Positions 55,946-64,000 of a DNA stretch of 64,000 nucleotides are shown piece after piece. The stretch comes from Candidatus Coatesbacteria bacterium (GTDB lineage Bacteria > JAFGND01). Position numbers and translations under genes: made by a program. The notes beneath the pieces were generated by a model that was given only the letters and a program-made list of their open reading frames with translations, was not told the origin of the DNA and searched no databases. The stretch is from NCBI GenBank assembly GCA_016927185.1, contig JAFGND010000035.1, positions 11,887 to 75,886 of the forward strand, given 5' to 3'. How positions within the stretch are numbered: the stretch's first letter is position 1; each line of letters begins with the position of its first letter.

Positions 55946-56881
55946 GTGTTAATTCAACTCAAGTATCTTATTCAGGAAATGCGTCCAAAGCAATGGACAA
56001 AGAACCTTTTCATTTTTGCAGCTGCCATGTTTACGAGAAAACTTGATGATATAAATATTCTTAAATCTCTAGGAATTGGTTTTTTTGTATTTTGTATGAT
56101 TTCAGGAGTAATATATATAATCAATGACTGGATGGATAAAGAAAAGGACAAATTGCATCCTGAAAAACGCTATAGACCAATTGCTTCAGGACTTTTAAAT
56201 TCTCATTTTGCATTAGTTTCTTCAATATTGATTGCTGTTTTCAGCATTTGCCTTGCATGGATAACATTATCTCGATTAACTGTTTATGTTATTTTTTCAT
56301 ATTTATTAATTAATCTGCTATATTCTTTCTGGTTGAAGCATATCGTAATTGTGGATATAAACAATATAGCAATAGGATTTGTTCTCAGAGTATTGGGAGG
56401 AGTTGTCATCCTGAAGAAATTTACTCCAGCTATTGAGGCAAGCCCATGGTTATTACTCTGCACTTATTTTCTGGCATTGTTTCTTGCAGCTGCCAAGAGA
56501 AGGCATGAATTGCTATATATAGATTCTGGAGTAAATCACAGGAAATCATTGAAAGATTATAGTGAGGAGTTAATAGATTCGATTCTTTCAGTAGCTGCTT
56601 CAGCATCAATAATTTGCTATTCATTGTATACTGTTTTTATTGAATTCGCATTTCCAAAATTGAAATCCTCTCCAGAACCAATACATAATTTGTATTTTAC
56701 CGTTCCCTTGGTAGTAGTTGCCATTCTGAGGTATAAATTCCTGATTTTCAATAGACAAGAAGGAGGATCTCCTGAAAAAGTTCTTCTTACTGACAGGCCT
56801 CTGCAACTGGTTATATTTATCTGGGTACTTATGGTTGTAGGACTCGCTTACATGCAACCTTATGTCCAGGAAATGGAGTAA
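55946..56881 (+). CDS. UbiA-family decaprenyl-phosphate phosphoribosyltransferase-like protein (DPPR synthase homologue)
   Basis: Translation RPKQWTKNLFIFAA ... INDWMDKEKDKLHPEKRYRPIASG closely parallels the actinobacterial Rv3806c-type motif (RPRQWVKN ... NDxxDxxxDxxHPxKxxRPIAxG). The start may be GTG 55946 or ATG 55979. Confidence 0.55.
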   Translation: MLIQLKYLIQEMRPKQWTKNLFIFAAAMFTRKLDDINILKSLGIGFFVFCMISGVIYIINDWMDKEKDKLHPEKRYRPIASGLLNSHFALVSSILIAVFSICLAWITLSRLTVYVIFSYLLINLLYSFWLKHIVIVDINNIAIGFVLRVLGGVVILKKFTPAIEASPWLLLCTYFLALFLAAAKRRHELLYIDSGVNHRKSLKDYSEELIDSILSVAASASIICYSLYTVFIEFAFPKLKSSPEPIHNLYFTVPLVVVAILRYKFLIFNRQEGGSPEKVLLTDRPLQLVIFIWVLMVVGLAYMQPYVQEME

Positions 56882-56911
56882 AGGTTTTTAACAAGAGAAG
56901 GTTTCTCGATT

Positions 56912-57745
56912 TTGAAAATAATTAGAGAGATTAATGAAATTAGAAGGATTTGCAGAGACAAGAAGTCTTTAGGCTTTGTTCCTACAATGGGAGCTCTTCA
57001 CAAAGGTCATTTGAGTCTTGTTGAAACTTTACAAAAAGACTGCTATCCAATTGTTATGAGCATATTTGTTAATCCAAAGCAATTCGGCAAAAATGAGGAT
57101 TTTGCCAAATATCCCAGAGATCTTGAAATTGACATCAAACTGGCAGAAGAAGCCAAAGTAGATATGCTATTCATACCTTCTGAAGAAGATCTTTACCCAG
57201 ATGATTACAGAACCTATATAGATGTAGAAGAATTATCTGACAAGTTGTGTGGAAAATCAAGGAAAGGTCATTTTAAAGGTGTCACTACAATTGTATTGAA
57301 GCTGTTTAATTTAATAAAACCCAAAGTGGCTGCATTTGGTTGGAAAGATGCTCAACAAGGCATAATATTGAAACAAATGGTCAAGGATCTTAATTTAGAT
57401 GTAGAAATAAGAATGTGTGATATATTGAGAGATAGTGATGGTTTAGCTCTTTCCAGCAGAAACAACTATTTATCGAACGAGGAAAGAAAGAATGCTCTTT
57501 CAATTTCCCAAGCTTTGCAATTATCTTCAAAAATGTTTGCTTCAGGAGTGAGAGATTTTTCAGTTATAAAGAAAAAACTTGTTGAACATTTCAATAGTTT
57601 CAGTAATACTAATATAGAATATATAGAAGCTTTCAGGATAGAGAATCTTCAAGAGACAGATTTTCTTGAAAAAGGAGTTATAATTGCAATAGCTGCCAAA
57701 GTAGGGAAAACAAGATTGATTGATAATTGGCGGATAGGCGAGTAA
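56912..57745 (+). CDS. panC: Pantoate--beta-alanine ligase
   Basis: Translation SLGFVPTMGALHKGHLSLVE plus the rest of the PanC fold. The start codon is TTG. Confidence 0.85.
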   Translation: MKIIREINEIRRICRDKKSLGFVPTMGALHKGHLSLVETLQKDCYPIVMSIFVNPKQFGKNEDFAKYPRDLEIDIKLAEEAKVDMLFIPSEEDLYPDDYRTYIDVEELSDKLCGKSRKGHFKGVTTIVLKLFNLIKPKVAAFGWKDAQQGIILKQMVKDLNLDVEIRMCDILRDSDGLALSSRNNYLSNEERKNALSISQALQLSSKMFASGVRDFSVIKKKLVEHFNSFSNTNIEYIEAFRIENLQETDFLEKGVIIAIAAKVGKTRLIDNWRIGE

Positions 57746-57906
57746 CAGTTTTTATTGATACTCAAATAGAACATAAATTTATATCAGAGGTAATGAGTTT
57801 AATTTACTTAAGAAGATTGTCATGATAAATAAATGTTTTGTTTAGGATTGACAAAAAAACTATTTTTTCATGAATTTGACAATCTAAATTTAAATATGCA
57901 ATTGAT

Positions 57907-57921
57907 AGGAGGTTAACTATA
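57907..57921 (+). promoter_or_regulatory. infC translation-initiation region: Shine-Dalgarno AGGAGG plus the non-canonical ATA start
   Basis: AGGAGG (57907-57912), a 6-nt spacer and an in-frame ATA (57919). The conserved IF3 N-terminal residues (KKEKTPSVRINEQILASEVRV) are encoded upstream of the track's GTG start. Confidence 0.6.
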
Positions 57922-58509
57922 CTAAAGAAAGAAAAAACGCCTTCAGTAAGAATTAATGAGCAAATTCTTGCGAGTGAAGTAAGAGTGATTGATCCGGATG
58001 GAAATCAAATAGGTATCTTATCAGTTCCCGACGCAATATTAAAAGCAAATGAATTCGGGATGGATTTGGTGGAAATTTCTCCTACTGCAAATCCTCCAGT
58101 TTGCAAGATAGTTGATTTTGGAAAATATAAGTATTTGTTGAGCAAGAAGTCTAAAGAAGCTAAGAAAAAACAGCATGTCTTTACTTTGAAGGAAATACAA
58201 CTCAGGCCTCATACTGATAATCATGATTATGATTTCAAAATTAAACATGCAAGAGAGTTTTTAAGTCATCATCACAAGGTTAAGATTTTAGTAAGATTCA
58301 GAGGTCGAGAACTTGTATATAAGGATAATGGAGAGGAACTTATAGGAAAAGCTGTTGAAGATCTGTCTGATATAGCAATTATTGAGACACCGATAAAATT
58401 CGAAGGTAAAAACCTAATTGTAATACTGAGCCCAAGACCAAGGAGTGGAAAACATGCCAAAAATGAAGACAAACAGGAGTACGAAGAAAAGATTGAGGAA
58501 GACAGCTAG
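57919..58509 (+). CDS. infC: Translation initiation factor IF-3, with a probable ATA start codon
   Basis: Translation INEQILASEVRVIDPDGNQIGILSVPDAILKANEFGMDLVEISPTANPPVCKIVDFGKYKY is canonical IF3. Atypical AUU or AUA starts are an established autoregulatory feature of infC. An 18-aa acidic C-terminal tail overlaps rpmI. Confidence 0.75.
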   Translation: MLKKEKTPSVRINEQILASEVRVIDPDGNQIGILSVPDAILKANEFGMDLVEISPTANPPVCKIVDFGKYKYLLSKKSKEAKKKQHVFTLKEIQLRPHTDNHDYDFKIKHAREFLSHHHKVKILVRFRGRELVYKDNGEELIGKAVEDLSDIAIIETPIKFEGKNLIVILSPRPRSGKHAKNEDKQEYEEKIEEDS

Positions 58510-58651
58510 TGGGCATTTGAAGCGCTGGAAAGCATATGAAAACCACTTGAGAACTTCTAAATCCAGAAAAAGGATAAGAAACTTGAGAAAATCAGAATTG
58601 GTTTCAGAAGCTGATTTTGAAAAAATGTCAACACTAGTGCCATATTTGTAA
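58454..58651 (+). CDS. rpmI: 50S ribosomal protein L35
   Basis: Translation [32 protein letters not shown]. The ATG at 58454 has an AGGAGTGGA Shine-Dalgarno sequence. It overlaps the infC 3' end by 56 nt in another frame. Confidence 0.85.
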   Translation: MPKMKTNRSTKKRLRKTASGHLKRWKAYENHLRTSKSRKRIRNLRKSELVSEADFEKMSTLVPYL

Positions 58652-58668
58652 AAATAAAAGGAGATAAA

Positions 58669-59043
58669 ATGCCACGAGCAATTAGTAGTCCAGTTAAAAA
58701 TCATAGACTGAAAAGAATAAAGAAACTTGCCAAAGGCTACTGGGGTGCAAAAAAGAAATTAAACAGGACGGTACAAGAAGCAGTACTTAGAGCACAAAGG
58801 TTTAGTCATTATGACAGGAAGAGAAAGAAAAGTGATTTCAGAAGGCTTTGGATAATGAGGATTAATGCGGCAGCTCGTATTTATGGTCTTTCTTATTCCC
58901 AGTTTATGGGAGGATTGGCAAAAGCTTCAATCGATCTGGATAGGAAAATACTTGCTGAAATTGCTGTTTCTGAGACAAAAGTATTTGAGGAATTGGCAAA
59001 CAAAGCCAAGGAAGCTTTAAATCAAACCTCAAATAAGGTGTAA
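58669..59043 (+). CDS. rplT: 50S ribosomal protein L20
   Basis: Translation [54 protein letters not shown]. Confidence 0.9.
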   Translation: MPRAISSPVKNHRLKRIKKLAKGYWGAKKKLNRTVQEAVLRAQRFSHYDRKRKKSDFRRLWIMRINAAARIYGLSYSQFMGGLAKASIDLDRKILAEIAVSETKVFEELANKAKEALNQTSNKV

Positions 59044-59048
59044 GAAAA

Positions 59049-59327
59049 ATGGATGATCTACCCAATCTGGAGCTTTTGCAGGAAAGGGTGGAATTGCTGG
59101 TAAAACAAATGGAACAATTGCAGGAAGAAAATATACTGCTTCGCCAGAAAATAATTCACTGCCTTAAGAATAATAATGAACTTACCAGTGAGAATACAAT
59201 ACTTGAGAATAAAATAAAGCAAGTGGAAGATCTGGAAAAAAGGGAGGAAATATTAAAAAAACGCTTGCAAAATATACTAGAAAAAATTAGAAAGGTAGAG
59301 AATGTTTACAAGGAGTTAGGAACTTAA
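59049..59327 (+). CDS. Small coiled-coil protein, possibly ZapB-like
   Basis: 92 aa, entirely heptad-repeat (LQERVELLVKQMEQLQEENILLRQK...). It sits immediately upstream of zapA. Confidence 0.35.
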   Translation: MDDLPNLELLQERVELLVKQMEQLQEENILLRQKIIHCLKNNNELTSENTILENKIKQVEDLEKREEILKKRLQNILEKIRKVENVYKELGT

Positions 59328-59330
59328 CTT

Positions 59331-59648
59331 ATGTCGAACAAAGTAAAAGTAACGGTTTATGGCACTGAGTACAATATTACCAGTGATGCTGATCCAGAAC
59401 ATATTTTAAGAATAGCCAAATACGTAGACCAACAAATGAAGAGAACTAGCGGATTAGTATCCTTTACTTCAACAACAAAGATTGCAATACTAACAGCTTT
59501 GAACATTGCCGATGAGTTGTATAGAGAAAAACTGCAGAACAGACATACTGCAAATGATCTTAATGAGAGAATTGGGATGATGGTTAAGAGTTTGGATGAC
59601 ATTTTAGAGAAATCTTCAACAAAAGAACCGATAAAGAAGAAGAAATGA
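59331..59648 (+). CDS. zapA: Cell division protein ZapA
   Basis: 105 aa. Translation KVTVYGTEYNITSDADPEHILRIAKYVDQQMKRT...ILTALNIADELY matches the ZapA family profile. Confidence 0.65.
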   Translation: MSNKVKVTVYGTEYNITSDADPEHILRIAKYVDQQMKRTSGLVSFTSTTKIAILTALNIADELYREKLQNRHTANDLNERIGMMVKSLDDILEKSSTKEPIKKKK

Positions 59649-59651
59649 TTT

Positions 59652-59836
59652 ATCCCTGCAGTGTTTGTGATGTTTCGGGTAATATTGAGATAACAGTTTG
59701 AAACTTGGGGATCTTTAAGTTTATATCTGTAGTGTTGAACCCTTTGTAAGGGATTACTGAACAGATAGACGGATACCCACCTGAGGTTTAGGTTTCAAAT
59801 TTCCGAACACACGGCACACGCGGGGATTTCTTTTGA
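59652..59836 (+). ncRNA. Candidate structured ncRNA (6S/SsrS-like?) between zapA and rny
   Basis: The 197-nt non-coding gap contains a 5' arm ATCCCTGCAGTGTTTGTGATGTTTCGG (59652-) and a 3' arm CCGAACACACGGCACACGCGGGGAT (-59827). These can form an imperfect ~20-bp closing helix (8 bp, 4 bp, 3 bp and 5 bp segments). The 3' arm is followed by TTCTTTTG. An internal helix AGTTTGAAACT/GGTTTCAAATT and a CCCTT-TGT-AAGGG hairpin are also present. Confidence 0.3.
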
Positions 59837-59845
59837 AAGGATTAA

Positions 59846-61396
59846 GTGGAATATATATATTATTTGATATCAGGGATAATTGGAGTTATTATTGGTTGTC
59901 TGGGCATATACTTCTATAATCATTTAAAGATTCAGGGAACAAAAAATCAAATTGCATTAATGAAGCAGGAAGCTGAAAGGGATCTCCAATCCAAGGAAAG
60001 AGACTATCTGCTAGAAGTTAAGGAAAAATGGTTTGCTGAAAAGGATATGCTGGAGAAAAAAATATTCAAGGAAAAAGAAAATTTACAAAATCTTGAAAAA
60101 TCACTTTTGCAGCAGCAATCAAAAATCGAAAGGAAGCAGGATTTCCTGAATAGAGATAGAGAGCAAATTTCCAAGAAAGAGAAGGAAATCAATTCCTTAA
60201 CAAAGAAACTCAAGGAAGAGGAAGCTAGATATCAAACTCTAATAAATCAGGCTTTAGCCAGACTAGAAGAAATATCCAATTTAAATCAAGAACAAGCCAA
60301 GAAGCTTCTGTTAGCTGATCTTGAAAATGAAGTCAGAAGGAATTCTGCTGATATGGAGAAGAGAATCATTGAAACAGCAAAAACAAATGCAGAAAGAGAA
60401 GCAAAGAATATTATTACATTTGCAATTCAAAGATGCAGCAGTGAGCAGGTAACTGAAACCACAGTTAGTGTTATCAGCCTTCCAAGCGAAGAAATGAAAG
60501 GGCGAATAATTGGAAGGGAAGGAAGAAATATTAGAGCATTTGAAAAAGCATCTGGAGTTAATGTTATTATTGATGATACGCCTGAGGCAATAACATTAAG
60601 TGCTTTTGATCCGGTAAGAAGGGAAATCGCAAGGCTTTCAATGGAAAAATTGATACAAGATGGAAGAATTCATCCTGCAAGAATAGAGGAAGTAGTCAAG
60701 AAGATAACTGAACAAATGGAAGTCAATCTTAAAGAAAAAGGTGAAGAAGCATGTTTTGAACTTGGTATAAGCAAGATCAATCCTTATATAGTTCGATTAT
60801 TAGGGAAACTCCATTACAGAACAAGTTATGGTCAAAACTGCTTATCACATTCAAAAGAAGTTGCATATCTATGTGGTTTTATGGCAGGAGAACTTGGATT
60901 GGATATAAATCTTTCTAAAAGAGCGGGATTGCTTCACGATATAGGTAAGGCAGTTGATTTAGAAATGGAGGGAACTCACGCAATAATAGGGAGTATACTG
61001 GCAAAAAAACATGATGAATCTAACAGTATTGTAAATGCAATCGCTTCTCACCATGAAGAAGAACCGCCTCTAATTGCTGAAGCAGTCTTGGTTCAGGCAG
61101 CTGATGCAATAAGCAGTGCAAGACCTGGAGCAAGAAGAGAAACTCTTGAATCATATATCAAGAGACTGACTCAGCTGGAAGATCTGGCGGAGAATTTCAA
61201 GGGAGTTGAAAAAGCATATGCAATTCAAGCAGGGAGAGAGTTAAGAATAATAGTCAAAAACGAAGATCTTGATGAAGCAGAGACATTCGTTTTAGCATCT
61301 ACAGTTGCAAGAAAAATTGAGGAACAGCTTGAATATCCGGGGCAGATAAAAGTCACCGTAATCAGGGAAATAAGAGCTGTTGATATTGCAAAATAA
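59846..61396 (+). CDS. rny: Ribonuclease Y
   Basis: N-terminal TM helix, a coiled coil, a KH domain ([26 protein letters not shown]) and an HD domain (LLHDIGKA). The start codon is GTG. Confidence 0.85.
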   Translation: MEYIYYLISGIIGVIIGCLGIYFYNHLKIQGTKNQIALMKQEAERDLQSKERDYLLEVKEKWFAEKDMLEKKIFKEKENLQNLEKSLLQQQSKIERKQDFLNRDREQISKKEKEINSLTKKLKEEEARYQTLINQALARLEEISNLNQEQAKKLLLADLENEVRRNSADMEKRIIETAKTNAEREAKNIITFAIQRCSSEQVTETTVSVISLPSEEMKGRIIGREGRNIRAFEKASGVNVIIDDTPEAITLSAFDPVRREIARLSMEKLIQDGRIHPARIEEVVKKITEQMEVNLKEKGEEACFELGISKINPYIVRLLGKLHYRTSYGQNCLSHSKEVAYLCGFMAGELGLDINLSKRAGLLHDIGKAVDLEMEGTHAIIGSILAKKHDESNSIVNAIASHHEEEPPLIAEAVLVQAADAISSARPGARRETLESYIKRLTQLEDLAENFKGVEKAYAIQAGRELRIIVKNEDLDEAETFVLASTVARKIEEQLEYPGQIKVTVIREIRAVDIAK

Positions 61397-62229
61397 TGCG
61401 ATTACTTTTTATAGGCGATATAATAGGGAAACCTGGCAGAGAAGTTGTTGCTAATGTTCTTCCCAAACTAGTTTCTGAATATTCATTAGACTTGGTTGTC
61501 GCAAATGGAGAAAATCTTGCTGGTGGTTTTGGCATAACAAGAAACCTCTATGGCAAGCTTCTACATTATGGAGTGGATATAGTAACTTCAGGTAATCATA
61601 TATTTGACAGACAGGATGCAAGCGATCTTCTGGAAAAAGAAAACAGAATATTGAGACCAGCTAATTATCCTTCGGAAGTTCCAGGAAAAGGTTTCATTTT
61701 ATACCAGTCAATCAAGAAAGCTGATCTGAAGAAAGCAGCAGTTGTTAATTTAATCGGTAGAGTATATATGAATACATCAGAGTGTCCATTCAGGATCATG
61801 AAAGAATTGCTACCTTTGTTACAAGAGAACACAAGAATCATAATTGTTGATTTTCACGCTGAAGCTACAGCTGAGAAACAAGCTATGGGTTTTTTTCTTG
61901 ATGGATGGGTAAGCATTGTTATTGGCACACATACTCATGTACAGACAGCTGATGAAAGGATACTACCTAAAGGGACAGGATTTATTACAGATGTAGGAAT
62001 GACAGGTCCTTTTGATTCAGTTATAGGTATGCGCAAAGAAGGAAGCATAAAAAAGTTCATAACAGGCATGCCAGTCAGGTATAAAATTGCATCAGAGGAT
62101 CTCAGATTTAATGGCTTGATTGCTGAAATAGATGATGAAACAGGAAAATGCTTGAGTTTAAGCAGACTGAATTTCATATATGAGGGTCCTAAAATTTGTC
62201 TTTCTGGAGATAAAGATGATGAAGATTGA
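61396..62229 (+). CDS. ymdB: YmdB-family metallophosphoesterase (2',3'-cyclic-nucleotide 2'-phosphodiesterase, TIGR00282-like)
   Basis: Translation [18 protein letters not shown]...VANGENLAGGFGIT...IVDFHAEATAEKQAMG...GTHTHVQTADERILPKGTGFITDVGMTGP. The start overlaps the rny stop (TAATG), as in the Firmicutes rny-ymdB pair. Confidence 0.8.
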   Translation: MRLLFIGDIIGKPGREVVANVLPKLVSEYSLDLVVANGENLAGGFGITRNLYGKLLHYGVDIVTSGNHIFDRQDASDLLEKENRILRPANYPSEVPGKGFILYQSIKKADLKKAAVVNLIGRVYMNTSECPFRIMKELLPLLQENTRIIIVDFHAEATAEKQAMGFFLDGWVSIVIGTHTHVQTADERILPKGTGFITDVGMTGPFDSVIGMRKEGSIKKFITGMPVRYKIASEDLRFNGLIAEIDDETGKCLSLSRLNFIYEGPKICLSGDKDDED

Positions 62230-63109
62230 ACTTATGAATAAAATGATATTGGCAAAACCGGTAGTCAATATTCTTAAAGAGCATATATGTAATAGATTGA
62301 GCAGTATCTCATTCAAGCCGAAATTGACAGTAATATTTTGTGGAGATGATGAAGCAAGCTCAGTATATGTTGGCAAGAAAGAGATAGCTTGTAGTAAGCT
62401 TGGTATTGAATCATGCACTTTAAAACCGCAAGCTAATCAATCTGAGATTTTGAATTTGATAGACCAGCTTAATTCAGATCCTGCAATAAACGGGATATTA
62501 GTGCAACTCCCTCTTCCATCAGGTGTTGATGCTGATTTGGTTTTAGACAGGATTTCTCCATTGAAAGATGTTGATGGTTTTCATCCTGCTAATAGTGGTC
62601 TCTTGAATCAGGGAAGACCTAGATTCATTCCCTGTACACCTTTAGGAATAAGCTTTTTACTGCAAGCTTATGGAATAAAAACATCTGGAAAAAGAGCAGT
62701 CGTGCTAGGTAGAAGTAATATTGTAGGAAAACCATTATTTTCATTGTTATCATCCAAAGCAGACTATGGTAACGCAAGTGTAACATTATGTCACTCCTAT
62801 AGCAGGGATTTGAAGGAGATCTGCAAGGAAGCGGATATTTTATTCGCTGCAATCGGGAAACCAGCTTTAGTAACAGAAGAATTCGTAAAGGAAGGCTCAT
62901 TCGTAATAGATGTTGGAATTCATAGATTGGAAGAAGGAAAGATAATAGGAGATGTCTGTTTTGAACGTGTACATCCTGTTGTTGAAGGGATAACTCCAGT
63001 TCCAAAGGGAGTTGGTCCAATGACAATTTACTGTCTTATGTATAATACTGTAAAAGCAGCATATTTGCAGAATAATTTAGATTTTGAAGAACTATATTTT
63101 AAAAACTGA
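62216..63109 (+). CDS. folD: Bifunctional methylenetetrahydrofolate dehydrogenase/cyclohydrolase
   Basis: Translation GILVQLPLPSGVDADLVLDRISPLKDVDGFHPANSGLL ... VVLGRSNIVGKPL ... PVPKGVGPMT. The start is the ATG at 62216 or 62234. Confidence 0.85.
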   Translation: MMKIELMNKMILAKPVVNILKEHICNRLSSISFKPKLTVIFCGDDEASSVYVGKKEIACSKLGIESCTLKPQANQSEILNLIDQLNSDPAINGILVQLPLPSGVDADLVLDRISPLKDVDGFHPANSGLLNQGRPRFIPCTPLGISFLLQAYGIKTSGKRAVVLGRSNIVGKPLFSLLSSKADYGNASVTLCHSYSRDLKEICKEADILFAAIGKPALVTEEFVKEGSFVIDVGIHRLEEGKIIGDVCFERVHPVVEGITPVPKGVGPMTIYCLMYNTVKAAYLQNNLDFEELYFKN

Positions 63110-63937
63110 TTTCAAGTCATTTATGATATCATTACGTCCTCCAAGAGAATTCAGTTTCATTTGTAGATCCTTTTTAATGATTTTTTTCCTCTTGTTTAAT
63201 GATTTCGGCATGGTAGGATGTTCTTCACCTCTAATGTCTGTATGTACATGTCTTTTATAGATCTGGTTATAGCCGCAAAGCTCTGGAAATTCATTCTCTA
63301 TTTTCCATAATAGATGCATCAGCATCCATCTATCTTTCTTGTTTATCTTTTCATCGCCATTTATATCAATGAAATATCTTCCAGGATTACTTTCCTTGCA
63401 GATATATATATCTGCTGCTTTTCCGAATTGATGCATGGAGAATTTTGTCCTGTTTCCTATTTCATAATTTTCCTTTAAACTACGATATCCACTTGAAATG
63501 TATATTCCAGCAGCAGGATTAAGTTTTTTTATATACAAATAGAGAATCTCCATCTTGAGAACTAGTGCAGGATCAAGGAGTATTCCCTTGTTTTCTGATC
63601 TTGTTTTTTCGCAAAAGTTTTTCAACATGAAATGTGGAGATACTTTTTCTATTCTGGTCTTTTCATTAAGCAATAGCAGACTGTCTGGTTTAATGAATTC
63701 ATGGTTCTTATCTGCTTTCGGAAATCTGGTTTCATTTCCTGTCTTTGGAATCTGGTTTAAATTATCTTGTATTCTTTTTAGTATTATCTGCAGGATTTCT
63801 TTTCTATCTGAAACATGGCTGAACTCAGCAGGTTTAAGAATAACAACACAAAATTCCTTGAATCTTATCGATTTACTAGAATTGCTATTACAATTAGTAA
63901 AAAGCATCAAAAATATGACCAGCAAATACCGATGCAT
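63092..63937 (-). CDS. Peptidase M15-like (DUF882/YcbK-type) peptidoglycan hydrolase lipoprotein
   Basis: Lipobox LFTNC. The motif SGYRSLKENYEIGNRTKFSMHQFGKAADIY matches the M15A zinc-binding signature (SxHxxGxAxD). Its 3' end overlaps the folD 3' end by 18 nt. Confidence 0.5.
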   Translation of the reverse strand: MHRYLLVIFLMLFTNCNSNSSKSIRFKEFCVVILKPAEFSHVSDRKEILQIILKRIQDNLNQIPKTGNETRFPKADKNHEFIKPDSLLLLNEKTRIEKVSPHFMLKNFCEKTRSENKGILLDPALVLKMEILYLYIKKLNPAAGIYISSGYRSLKENYEIGNRTKFSMHQFGKAADIYICKESNPGRYFIDINGDEKINKKDRWMLMHLLWKIENEFPELCGYNQIYKRHVHTDIRGEEHPTMPKSLNKRKKIIKKDLQMKLNSLGGRNDIINDLKSVFKI

Positions 63938-64000
63938 TAAAGGAAGTTATACAGTTAGTAGACAACTAATCGAGGGTTATTTATCTTCCTTTACAAAAGT

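Noticed and set aside
1-64000. CRISPR arrays, transposases, integrases, prophage genes, tRNA or rRNA genes
   Set aside because: No direct-repeat/spacer periodicity, no DDE/tyrosine-recombinase motifs and no tRNA-like or rRNA-like sequences were seen in any intergenic region. The window appears to be core chromosome.

Overview
This is a low-GC, tightly packed bacterial chromosomal window. Many genes overlap, and several convergent gene pairs share their 3' ends. Three secreted proteins end in type IX secretion (T9SS) C-terminal sorting domains. Together with the cell-envelope genes, these suggest a Gram-negative of the FCB-superphylum type (Cloacimonetes, Fibrobacteres or Bacteroidetes-like), probably an anaerobe. 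The anaerobe inference rests on a class III ribonucleotide reductase (nrdD-nrdG), RtcB, a glycine cleavage system and an archaeal-type GatE. Most of the window is core housekeeping. Genes present are an rtcB fragment, mepA, a PAS histidine kinase, gcvT-gcvH, lysS, ribD, dnaE, nrdDG, ispA, panC, infC-rpmI-rplT, zapA, rny-ymdB and folD. There is also a cell-envelope glycan cluster: tatD, GT4 and GT2 glycosyltransferases, an LpxL-like acyltransferase, tsaB, a CgeB-like glycosyltransferase and an alkaline-phosphatase-superfamily enzyme. I found no CRISPR array, rRNA, tRNA, transposase or integrase. The most unusual content is listed below. (1) A translationally coupled six-gene operon at 35054..41408 encodes a membrane-anchored substrate-binding protein fused to an OmpA-like domain, the permease and ATPase of a NitT/TauT-type ABC transporter, a coiled-coil membrane protein, a divergent UbiA-like membrane protein and a MoaA/SPASM-type radical SAM enzyme. 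No known pathway explains this combination. (2) NrdD is split: the glycyl-radical motif (RIVGY) sits on a separate 49-codon ORF with its own Shine-Dalgarno sequence, between nrdD and nrdG. (3) A lysyl-tRNA synthetase is fused to a C-terminal YqeK-like HD domain. (4) An archaeal-type GatE homologue has no adjacent GatD. (5) A papain-like pseudo-protease is interrupted by one in-frame TGA. (6) A candidate structured ncRNA follows zapA. (7) A 1673-aa surface lipoprotein carries tandem repeats and a WD40 propeller.
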